Assembly (NCBI GenBank): GCA_030149205.1
Contig: JASBSB010000001.1
Coordinates: forward strand, 393,142 to 457,141
DNA from: Candidatus Heimdallarchaeota archaeon
GTDB lineage: Archaea > Asgardarchaeota > Heimdallarchaeia > Heimdallarchaeales > Kariarchaeaceae
Direction: 5' to 3'
Length of the DNA stretch: 64,000 nucleotides
Part shown: positions 40,662 through 49,585 of the stretch, in pieces
How positions within the stretch are numbered: the first letter of the stretch is position 1
Layout: the number at the start of each line of letters is the position of its first letter
The notes under the pieces: model-generated
Seen by the model: only the letters and a program-made list of their open reading frames with translations
Databases searched by the model: none
What the model was told of the DNA's origin: nothing
Position numbers and translations under genes: made by a program

Positions 40662-42371
40662 TCATTTTGCATAGTTTAAGATTGATTTTTCAACTTTAAA
40701 CTCTTCTGGAAGTTTTTCTAAATTCAAAATCCTCATGACTGAGGAATCAAGCGCTGTATGGTTACGAGCACTTAAAAGCTGGCCTGCCCTCATCATCAAT
40801 GTCCTTCTTTTTACGGTTTCGTCTCCTTTTTTAGGATAATCCATTACCCTGGTTCGGGTTGATCCTATCACTGCAACTAACCTATTTTCATCTCCTGAGA
40901 AGGTAAGAATAACCTTTTCATTATCATTGATTGAAAATACAATTTCTTCGGGTTTAAATTGAACTTCACTTGAACTAAGCTCACTTAACACAGATTCTAA
41001 TTGGACATCAAGACCATCTAAAATTGAGATCAGTTTTGTAGGGTTAATATTGTCAGTAATTTCATAAATAGAAGTTTGTCCACTGGTATAATCTGATTCC
41101 AAGGCACCATCTAACACATATTCACTTTCTCTAATCACGTCAAAGGTTTCAAATAAAGGAATATCAGATACTGCCTCAACTGATAATGAGTCAGCAAGAG
41201 AATTAGGCAACATATTTCGTTTTAATTTAGAAACCTGTACTTTTGTAGTAGCTCTGGTGTTTCCAGTTGGAGTGCTGTCCTCTTTTTTGAACATCCCTAA
41301 TAACTTTGCGATGAACCCCTTTTTCTGAGGAGCTGGGGGCTTAATGCTGGATTGTGTTTCATATGTATTCTCCTTTTGCTCAACCTCAATAGTAAACTCC
41401 TTTAACCAACCCTCAGCATCACTATCAACGAGTTCTAGAATACTTGTCATTTGGGTCGCATTTACCCCATCAACCTTAGTTGTTAAAATCATTGAGGGTT
41501 TAGAGCTAACATAGGGATTCCTAACTAGAATTAAATGAGAGTTATTTTCATCAAGTAAGTTCCCAGATAAGAATTGAAGTTTATAGTTTGAATCAAGTTT
41601 GGAAAGGTGAGAGTGAAGCGATTCAAGAGAACTATTACTAGGCTGTTTGTCTATATTTGAGAAACTGGAAAAAACACTTTTCCATTTTCCAGACAGGATC
41701 GCTTTTGTATCAAGATAGTTAGGGATTATAGCGTCCTTTTTCTCTTCAATCTGGTTTTCCTTGGTATATGAAATAAATTTTCTCCGACTAATTTCAACCA
41801 GATCTGCTACACTATTCACCTTGACAGATTTAGGAGAATCTTCATATTCCAAACGTAAATCCGTCCTTCTAATTGCAGCAAACAGAACCGCTAATTCCCA
41901 AAAACCGAAGTCTGAAGATTCTAAAAATTCTCTGGTATAATACAAAAACGGAGCTATAAAATTATAATGAATTCTACCATATCTGATATCCATCGGGAGT
42001 CCACGACTTGCTAAAAAAAGATCATTTTTTCGAATTTTTGAACCAAGATAATACCCTAGAGCCATTGTTTCCATGACTTTCTTGGAACTCTCATTTCTGG
42101 TCTCTAGGCCTATCTTGAAGAGTTCGAGCACACAGCTTCTTCTTTCCTCATCACTTGCACCAATTAATTCTGAAGCAGTAACTATGAAATCTGCAAGAAA
42201 TAATGCCCTTTGGGCACTTTCATCACTTTTTGATAACCCATGTTTTTCAGCAAATTCAATTAGCTCAGGAGACATGGATTCATACCTTTTCAGCCTAGTA
42301 TCTAAGTCGAATTCTGAATTAACATTCTCTCTAAGTTCACCTATCATTTGATAATTAGGAATCAAATCCAT
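40662..42371 (-). CDS. large protein with C-terminal roadblock/LC7 (MglB-like) domain; probable GTPase partner
   Basis: Lies 64 nt upstream of the GTPase on the same strand. The C-terminal LISILDGLDVQLESVLSELSSSEVQFKPEEIVFSINDNEKVILTFSGDENRLVAVIGS follows the roadblock pattern. The N-terminal ~400 aa are unknown. Confidence 0.45.
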   Translation of the reverse strand: MDLIPNYQMIGELRENVNSEFDLDTRLKRYESMSPELIEFAEKHGLSKSDESAQRALFLADFIVTASELIGASDEERRSCVLELFKIGLETRNESSKKVMETMALGYYLGSKIRKNDLFLASRGLPMDIRYGRIHYNFIAPFLYYTREFLESSDFGFWELAVLFAAIRRTDLRLEYEDSPKSVKVNSVADLVEISRRKFISYTKENQIEEKKDAIIPNYLDTKAILSGKWKSVFSSFSNIDKQPSNSSLESLHSHLSKLDSNYKLQFLSGNLLDENNSHLILVRNPYVSSKPSMILTTKVDGVNATQMTSILELVDSDAEGWLKEFTIEVEQKENTYETQSSIKPPAPQKKGFIAKLLGMFKKEDSTPTGNTRATTKVQVSKLKRNMLPNSLADSLSVEAVSDIPLFETFDVIRESEYVLDGALESDYTSGQTSIYEITDNINPTKLISILDGLDVQLESVLSELSSSEVQFKPEEIVFSINDNEKVILTFSGDENRLVAVIGSTRTRVMDYPKKGDETVKRRTLMMRAGQLLSARNHTALDSSVMRILNLEKLPEEFKVEKSILNYAK

Positions 42372-42489
42372 TTGACCTATATCATTATTATACTTATGTA
42401 AAGTTTATCACAGCCTTGCGGATTAAAATAGGTTTATGTTCATTAATTAAATATAATAATTAATAAGTTATATTATGGTTCAAGTGAGT

Positions 42490-43569
42490 TCACATCCAAC
42501 CTTTTCGTCTAAAGTAGTAAAGTTGAATTAAAAGTATAATAATCATTCCAATCCAAAGTACAAAATACCCGTATTGAAAGCTTAATTCTGGCATATAATA
42601 AAAATTCATCCCATAGAGACTTGTCAAAAAGGTAAGGGGAATAAATATTGTCGCTATAACGGTCAGAGTTTTCATCACCTCATTCATCCTGTTGCTAATA
42701 TAGCTCATGTATAAGTCACGTAGACCTGAAAGATGATCTCTTGAGGTTTCAATAAGATCAATTAACTGAATTGTATGGTCATAAACGTCACTCCAATAAA
42801 CTCGTAATGCTTCACTCAGCAATGAATGTTGTTCCCTCCGTAGCTTTGATATTAGGTCACGGATAGGCCAAACAGAATTTCTCAATTCTATTAGATATGA
42901 TTTGTGTTCATGGATAGTCTGCTGGACTTTAAGTGTTGAGTTCACACCTTCATCTAAGTCCAATATCCTATCTTCGATTTCTTCAATGCTTAAATTGATC
43001 CTATTTAAAACATCAAGAGATTGGTCAACTGAGTAATCCAATAAAGAGAACAGAATAAACTCAAGTCCCCATTTATAATATATAGGTTTTCCCTGTTTTA
43101 GGTTAGTTACAATTGATTCAAAGTGATTGATCTTTGAGTCAGAAAATATCAATAATGTTTTATCAAGTAAAATGATTGAATACGAAACAAATGTTAATTT
43201 ATCCTCTTCAACGTTTTCATCAAATAAGAACACTCGGAAATGAACACTTAGATATTTCTCGAAAAACTCTAGCTTTGGCCTTTGATTAGTATTCAGTATA
43301 TCTTCTATCACCAGAGGGTGAATTTTATAATTTTCACAGATTTGGATCACTGTTTTAGCATCACTTTTACCCGTTACAAAGACAATGTTTTCCAAGTTCG
43401 TGGAAGTTTGACTTATTAATTCTTCAACATTGTTAGGGACCACTACACTTACTGTTTTCGAATTATTGTCCTTATGAATCAGAGTCATTTCACTTGAGTC
43501 TATCTCTTCTTCTCCAACGTATAGATAAGACCCTGGTGGTTTCCCTTTTTTTATGCCGTAGTTTGTCAA
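42490..43569 (-). CDS. corA: CorA-family Mg2+/Co2+ transporter
   Basis: C-terminal two TM helices with the signature LYGMNFYYMPE (GMN motif), preceded by a ~280-aa cytoplasmic domain. Confidence 0.75.
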   Translation of the reverse strand: MTNYGIKKGKPPGSYLYVGEEEIDSSEMTLIHKDNNSKTVSVVVPNNVEELISQTSTNLENIVFVTGKSDAKTVIQICENYKIHPLVIEDILNTNQRPKLEFFEKYLSVHFRVFLFDENVEEDKLTFVSYSIILLDKTLLIFSDSKINHFESIVTNLKQGKPIYYKWGLEFILFSLLDYSVDQSLDVLNRINLSIEEIEDRILDLDEGVNSTLKVQQTIHEHKSYLIELRNSVWPIRDLISKLRREQHSLLSEALRVYWSDVYDHTIQLIDLIETSRDHLSGLRDLYMSYISNRMNEVMKTLTVIATIFIPLTFLTSLYGMNFYYMPELSFQYGYFVLWIGMIIILLIQLYYFRRKGWM

Positions 43570-43666
43570 TGTTGACCTTAATTTAATAATTACAAAAATT
43601 TAGCGTCCAAAAAAGAGTGAACTGTTAATTTTACGCAACAGTTCAGTTATATTTCAAATTTGTTTT

Positions 43667-44545
43667 TCACTTTTCCAAAAGCTCCAAATATGCTTTTCTT
43701 ACAAACCCTACGTTATATTCCACCAGAAGATGATCTGGTGCTGTTAACTCAAGAAGACTTGAATTGGGAATTTGAGATGCAACTTCTTTAGAGAGACGGG
43801 GAGGAACAACTTTATCGTTTTGTCCTATAAGAATTAATGTTGGAACAGTTATAGACTCCCAGAGTTCAGACACATCAGCCTTTTTAAGAAACTGTTTCAC
43901 CTGTCTTTGAGCAACATGGAGGTCAAGAGAATCTAATCTTTCCCTTGTTACCCTTCTTGCATCAGCCCTCTTCTTTCCAAAGAACAGAATATTTAGTATT
44001 AAAGGTAACAAACCTTTTCTAATGATTTTAGCAAGCCAAACTGGAGTATAATAAAAAATTTTGATTGATGACTTTACATATACTTTTGATTCTGGAGATA
44101 TAAGAACCAGATGAGTTATAAATTTCGTAATAGGAAATTTATCAGCATACATCACTGCTACGGGGAGGGTTCCAGCACAAGAAGCTTGAAGTATAACAGT
44201 TCCTGATTCAACTGCCTTTTTCCCAAATTTCTCATCTAATGCCCCTAACAAGACATAATTCAGGTCTAATGCAAATTGGACAACATCCAAATCACCTTCT
44301 AATGTAGATTTCCCAGACCCTCGATTATCTAATCCAAATATGTCAAATTTACCTTCAAAAAAATCAATATACTGTAAATTATCTTTATGTGTCCCCATCC
44401 ACCCATTAACCAAAAACAATGTTGGTTTGTTGGTGTCAAGTTCAAGCCTAGGGGTTAACCAAGTTCCAAATAGATCGTAATTTTGTGACTGCTGTTTCTT
44501 GAACCAGCTATGGTCCTTGTTTAAATCAGGACTGAATACACCCAT
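43667..44545 (-). CDS. alpha/beta-hydrolase fold protein
   Basis: LFLVNGWMG near the N-terminus (oxyanion region) and a nucleophile-elbow-like QASCAG about 100 aa downstream. Size 292 aa. Confidence 0.45.
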   Translation of the reverse strand: MGVFSPDLNKDHSWFKKQQSQNYDLFGTWLTPRLELDTNKPTLFLVNGWMGTHKDNLQYIDFFEGKFDIFGLDNRGSGKSTLEGDLDVVQFALDLNYVLLGALDEKFGKKAVESGTVILQASCAGTLPVAVMYADKFPITKFITHLVLISPESKVYVKSSIKIFYYTPVWLAKIIRKGLLPLILNILFFGKKRADARRVTRERLDSLDLHVAQRQVKQFLKKADVSELWESITVPTLILIGQNDKVVPPRLSKEVASQIPNSSLLELTAPDHLLVEYNVGFVRKAYLELLEK

Positions 44546-44751
44546 AAAATTACCCTGAATCCACTAATTCCATATCTTAAAAGTGGTTTTAGTTTGAAAC
44601 AAATAAATTTGTAAGATACTCATCTGAGAATTAAATTCACTTAATTGTATAAACTGTAAATATTAATTGAGCTATAATTGAATAGAATTGACTGTTAGCT
44701 TTGGGTATAACATAATTTGACTAGATTTCGATTCGATAAAATTCAATTTTG

Positions 44752-45429
44752 CTATGAATGTCTCACGATAAGTTGATATGAAGAACCATGATGAAAGGTA
44801 ACTTCTTCAACATTTAGTTTGACCTGTTTTAACATCAAAGTTGACTGATCAGGTGTAAAGAATTTGGAACCCATAAGTGAAATCTTCTCAAACGTCATGA
44901 TCAATTTCCCTAAAGAGGTTTGAGGATTTATCTCTTCTATAGCAAGCACACCCTCTTTACTGAGTACTCTACTAATTTCTTCAAACGCTTGTTGGTGATG
45001 AGCCCAATGATGAAGAGAATCTGAAACAATAATTAAATCGAAGCTATTTTCTTCAAATGGTAAATCTTCTGCATACCCCTCAATAAGTGTACCTATATTT
45101 TTTTTCTCTGCCTGAAGTAGCATCCTCTTTGAAGGGTCAATGATAACAACGGTATTTTTAGTTCCCTCTATCTTATATAGAAATTCATCATTTAGGGCGT
45201 GTTTGTATTTCTTATCAATATCCAATTTTTCGGTATCTAACTTAATTCTTGATCCAACAAAGTATTGGGCGAGTCGCCCTGTACCCCCACCAATTTCAAG
45301 AACATTGTAACTTTCTTTCATGGGTAGATGACGATCTATACTCATAAGTAAGGCTGTTGGTCTCTTTGGTTTTATTAATTTGTCATAAATTGGAGCTAAG
45401 AGATCAAAATGAAATTTTCCCATTAACAC
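44752..45429 (-). CDS. class I SAM-dependent methyltransferase (UbiE/COQ5-like)
   Basis: Motif I VLEIGGGTGRLAQYF, an acidic loop after beta-2 and DLIIVSDSLHH (motif II-like). Confidence 0.65.
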   Translation of the reverse strand: MLMGKFHFDLLAPIYDKLIKPKRPTALLMSIDRHLPMKESYNVLEIGGGTGRLAQYFVGSRIKLDTEKLDIDKKYKHALNDEFLYKIEGTKNTVVIIDPSKRMLLQAEKKNIGTLIEGYAEDLPFEENSFDLIIVSDSLHHWAHHQQAFEEISRVLSKEGVLAIEEINPQTSLGKLIMTFEKISLMGSKFFTPDQSTLMLKQVKLNVEEVTFHHGSSYQLIVRHS

Positions 45430-45647
45430 CTTTATTCGGTTCTTTAAAAATAGGTTTAGATTTAAGCAATAATCAAATTAACTTTAATCTTGATGAGATG
45501 CTTGGATGTATTCCACTAATTTCCATTTGTAATAGAATAAACAAATATATAACAGGTTTGTTATTCTTTTATTCTTATTAGGATTGTTGACAAGTTATAA
45601 TCTATGTTACTCCAAAAGTTTGTGGAAAACTATTTAATAATGATAAT

Positions 45648-47789
45648 TTGGTACAATCATTGTCAATTCAAATTGAAAATATTAGTAGCAGAATTCAACA
45701 ATTTCTAATAATAGTTTTAGCGGGAGTCTATACCACAATACAGTCCCTTGTTCCTTCAACTATTAGAATACTTCCGGGTTTGGATATAACAAATCAAGGA
45801 TTTGGACTATTTGTTCTTGCAACAGGGGCAATGATATTTGGAAAGGGAGTTGGAGCAGGTTCCGCAGGTTTAGGTGTGATTTTTGACCAGTTTAAAGTTG
45901 TTCTTGATGGGTCCTCTGTCCCTAACTTGAATCTTGGGCTATTGGTCGGAACTGTAAGTTTAGGACTAGGTGCATGGTTAACAGGATTCCTTGAAAACGG
46001 TCGTACTGGAGATTTTGTTTCTTCAAGTTTTAAAGGTGTCATGTCAAAGGCGGAAATTCTTAAAGTGGGGAGAAAAACCTTGGTTTCAATAGTTGGCTTA
46101 GGAATCACCTCAAACTTTACGTATGCGTTTGGAGCTCAATTAATAGAAGGTGGAAACATCTTTGGAGCTATTACCTATTTTTTGACAACTTTCTTAGAAG
46201 ACAGCTTTGTGCTCATATTAACAGTTCCAATATCACTTTTAGCATTTGATATTACAAATGTTTACAATGAAAAAAAATCAAATTTTATAGAGCAATTAAA
46301 TCAAAAGGTGGATTATAAAATCGAGGTTTCACAATCTGCTGAAATTTTGAAGGTTTCGTTACCTGAGACTTCCTTAGTTCAAGGGAAGTGGACACCAGTT
46401 GTGGTTGAGTTTATGAATCCATCAACTGAAAAAAAGCAATATCAGGTTGAAGCAGTATTTACCACAAAATTTTATCCTCACACTGACAAAACACCTCAAC
46501 TCAAACCTGGTGAGGGATGGAAACAGACATTTTTCGTTCTCCCCAGTAAGCAGAGTTCAGTTTACGGGAGAATTAGGATAACCAGTAACAACGACATACA
46601 GTACAAATCATCAAACCCTGATGAGTCAATTGTTGAAATTACCGCTAATTCAAGAGACCCCAACACCATAATTGGTTCACTAATAGGCTTAAGTGGTGTA
46701 AATTTTGGGATTCTTGGAATTTCTGTTATTTGGGATCAGGTTTTATCATTTTTTTCTAACCCTGAATTGCTCTTATCTCAATTTCAATCTACGGTTTCAA
46801 CATTGTCTGAAGTAATTTTTGCTGAAATCTTATTATTCATTTCATTGTTATTATGGACAGTGTTTCGTACAAAGAAGGAGAAAACCCAATTTTCACAAAA
46901 GATTAGTTTTTCGAGTGATTTAGATGACCAGCTAATTCAATCGCTTAAGGCAAATTCAATAAGGATAATGCTCAAAAAATATGGAAATGGGCTAACAAGC
47001 GTTTTTCGGGTGCTTATTGGAATAAGCAGTTTAGGGTTAATCATATTTTTGGGAAACCAGGGGTATCAAGTAATTACAAATCCCACGTACACTGTTACTA
47101 ACCAAGAGTTGCTTTTTGGTTTAATTTTAGGGATGATAATTTCTTGGGTGCTCGGATTCAGAGGTTTACAGATAATTACTGAGATGAATCTCAAAAATGC
47201 AGCATATAATAATAACCCTGATGACTTTGTTCAAGAGTTCAAACCTGTTGGGGATATAAATGAAAATGAACCCAATAATTTTCTATTTAAGGTGATTAAT
47301 ACTTCTGATTTACCAGGAATAAGAATCAAATTTGAATCAACAGATTCAATTGCTCCACCTTTAATAGAACTACACATAGAACCTGGTGAGATAGCTCAAT
47401 TTAAGGTCGTAGTCACTCCTAATACAGGAAATCATAAAATTTTAGCATTAGCTTATCCGCTGTTTGATAAAAAGAAAAAATATGTGAATTTTGATGAATC
47501 TGAACCTTTTGCTAAACAGGAGCTTAGTTTTGCAGTAAATTCAAAAGGAGTCCTGGGGATGTCAAAAAAACAACAATCCCAACTTAAAGGTATTACTGCT
47601 TTGTTGACTGGTTTTACTGGATTACTGGCAGTTATCAATCAGATAGTCCCAGGAAGCAATAATTTTACGATAATTCTGGATAACTTACCTGCGCTACTGA
47701 GTTTGCAGATCCCGATTTTGGGAGCATATTTCAGCTTGAATTCTACGCTAAAAAATTGGCTAATTAAATCAGGAGAAAATGACTTATGA
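45648..47789 (+). CDS. large polytopic membrane protein with central beta-rich (Ig/CARDB-like) extracytoplasmic segment; first gene of the vWA operon
   Basis: Multiple hydrophobic helices at both ends and a ~250-aa hydrophilic beta-rich middle. Its stop overlaps the start of the next gene (ATGA). Confidence 0.45.
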   Translation: MVQSLSIQIENISSRIQQFLIIVLAGVYTTIQSLVPSTIRILPGLDITNQGFGLFVLATGAMIFGKGVGAGSAGLGVIFDQFKVVLDGSSVPNLNLGLLVGTVSLGLGAWLTGFLENGRTGDFVSSSFKGVMSKAEILKVGRKTLVSIVGLGITSNFTYAFGAQLIEGGNIFGAITYFLTTFLEDSFVLILTVPISLLAFDITNVYNEKKSNFIEQLNQKVDYKIEVSQSAEILKVSLPETSLVQGKWTPVVVEFMNPSTEKKQYQVEAVFTTKFYPHTDKTPQLKPGEGWKQTFFVLPSKQSSVYGRIRITSNNDIQYKSSNPDESIVEITANSRDPNTIIGSLIGLSGVNFGILGISVIWDQVLSFFSNPELLLSQFQSTVSTLSEVIFAEILLFISLLLWTVFRTKKEKTQFSQKISFSSDLDDQLIQSLKANSIRIMLKKYGNGLTSVFRVLIGISSLGLIIFLGNQGYQVITNPTYTVTNQELLFGLILGMIISWVLGFRGLQIITEMNLKNAAYNNNPDDFVQEFKPVGDINENEPNNFLFKVINTSDLPGIRIKFESTDSIAPPLIELHIEPGEIAQFKVVVTPNTGNHKILALAYPLFDKKKKYVNFDESEPFAKQELSFAVNSKGVLGMSKKQQSQLKGITALLTGFTGLLAVINQIVPGSNNFTIILDNLPALLSLQIPILGAYFSLNSTLKNWLIKSGENDL

Positions 47790-49585
47790 GTAAAAAACTT
47801 CTTTCTGTACTAACCTTAACCTTTATTCTGTTGGGAGCAGGGTTTACATATTATTCATTTACTACCCCAACAATTGACTTAAGTCCAGAATTTGCGGCTC
47901 AGGCAATTCAATTAACTTCTGGAGCGAACTTACTCTTTGGAGGAAATGCTTTGAAACTACTAAACAAATACGAGGGAATTGGAAAAATAACCAAGGATTA
48001 TCTTACTGATGTATTTAAATTTAATATGAAAGGGAAAAAGAACACACTTTATTACCAAAACTTAAACAATTTGATTCCAGGATATTCCAATCCCCCTAAC
48101 TTTGCATTTGACCCCACATACAATGAAAGCATATCTACTCAAGGGTTAGGATTCAACATTGCACCTTCATCTTTTATTAAAAGTTATCAAAACAAATTCC
48201 TCTCAACACCGATTGAAAGTACAGATCCTTTATCAAAGATCCCAGATAGTATGAAAGAAAATATAAATAAAACATCAAGACTGTTTGATGTTTGGAAACA
48301 AACTTTAACAGGAAATACCTCCTATTTTAATTTTGTATCAACTTCTGGCTACTCATTAAATTACCCGTTTTTCTCTCTCCCTAAGATTTATGATGGAAGA
48401 AATGAATCTTTCTACAACTCTGCGATAATTGGACAAAAAGATCTTGTAATAGTGATTGATAGATCTGGATCATTGAACAAAGATACTTTTACTGCACTTA
48501 AGAACTCAATTAAGTCAATCATAAACACCCTATCTCCATCAGACAGATTCAATATTTTAACATTTTCAGATCATGTTTCTGTTTTTTCGAATAGTTTGAG
48601 CAGTGCAACTATTAGTACAAAAATTTTAGCAGAGAAATATATAGATAGAATTAGATTAGGTGGGCTTTCAGACATTGGGATGGGATTTACTTCGGGATTA
48701 AAAATTCTGACAGATTTTGGATATCAGAGGAATAAGCGATTGTTTCTCACCTTTTCAGATGGAAAACCTACTTCAGGTGTAATTCAAAATGATTCATTAA
48801 TCCAAGAGATTGTTAGTGCAAATGGTGGAGCTAAAGCAACCCCAATATTTTACGGGATTACCAAAAATCCTAATAATGAAATGTTTACCTCCTTGGCAAA
48901 TCAGATGGGAGGGTTCTATATTAACACAAATACCACGAGTAAACTACTTAACTTGGTTCCCAACTATAATAAGCTAATAAACAATATTACTTCTGAAAAC
49001 AAAATTTGGAGTACTCCCTTTGTAAGCTCTATTAACCACAATATTTTCTCTAACTTAAGTTTTGCAATAAATTATGCTGGTCAACACTTTGGAGTTTTTA
49101 ACATCCAAGTTAAGCTATCTGAATTTTTGGAGAGTTTACAGAAGACAAAGTTGTATAATTCCCAGACTAACTTTATAATCAACACTGGAGGATACACCTT
49201 TGCTCATCCTATATTTGAAAGTCTCCAATTAAAAGACAGAATTACAAACAACCTTCAACAACCAATCGAAAATTTTACGCTAACCTCGGCCGATTTCAAA
49301 GGGATGTTGACGGATTTAGCCAAAAATAACTATAAGACCAAAATAGTTCAGAGTAATAATTTAACTAAGTTTGTGATTTCCTTATCACCGCTTGGACAAA
49401 CAGGATTGGTTTCAGGAACTATCATCCCATTAACTGAAATAATCAACCAAAACATCTTAGGTTCACTTTCTGGTCACAGACCAAATTTTGAAGGAATGTA
49501 TCTTTCCTTTGCTATTGCTGTAACCGTTGGAATAATTATCATTTTGTTAAGTAGCAGAATTCTGAAGGAGGAAACAAAACAATGA
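47786..49585 (+). CDS. von Willebrand factor A (vWA) domain membrane protein
   Basis: N-terminal signal/TM. MIDAS-type motif LVIVIDRSGSLNKDTF...SDRFNILTFSDHV...FSDGKPTSG. C-terminal TM helix. Start and stop codons overlap both neighbours. Confidence 0.65.
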   Translation: MSKKLLSVLTLTFILLGAGFTYYSFTTPTIDLSPEFAAQAIQLTSGANLLFGGNALKLLNKYEGIGKITKDYLTDVFKFNMKGKKNTLYYQNLNNLIPGYSNPPNFAFDPTYNESISTQGLGFNIAPSSFIKSYQNKFLSTPIESTDPLSKIPDSMKENINKTSRLFDVWKQTLTGNTSYFNFVSTSGYSLNYPFFSLPKIYDGRNESFYNSAIIGQKDLVIVIDRSGSLNKDTFTALKNSIKSIINTLSPSDRFNILTFSDHVSVFSNSLSSATISTKILAEKYIDRIRLGGLSDIGMGFTSGLKILTDFGYQRNKRLFLTFSDGKPTSGVIQNDSLIQEIVSANGGAKATPIFYGITKNPNNEMFTSLANQMGGFYINTNTTSKLLNLVPNYNKLINNITSENKIWSTPFVSSINHNIFSNLSFAINYAGQHFGVFNIQVKLSEFLESLQKTKLYNSQTNFIINTGGYTFAHPIFESLQLKDRITNNLQQPIENFTLTSADFKGMLTDLAKNNYKTKIVQSNNLTKFVISLSPLGQTGLVSGTIIPLTEIINQNILGSLSGHRPNFEGMYLSFAIAVTVGIIIILLSSRILKEETKQ

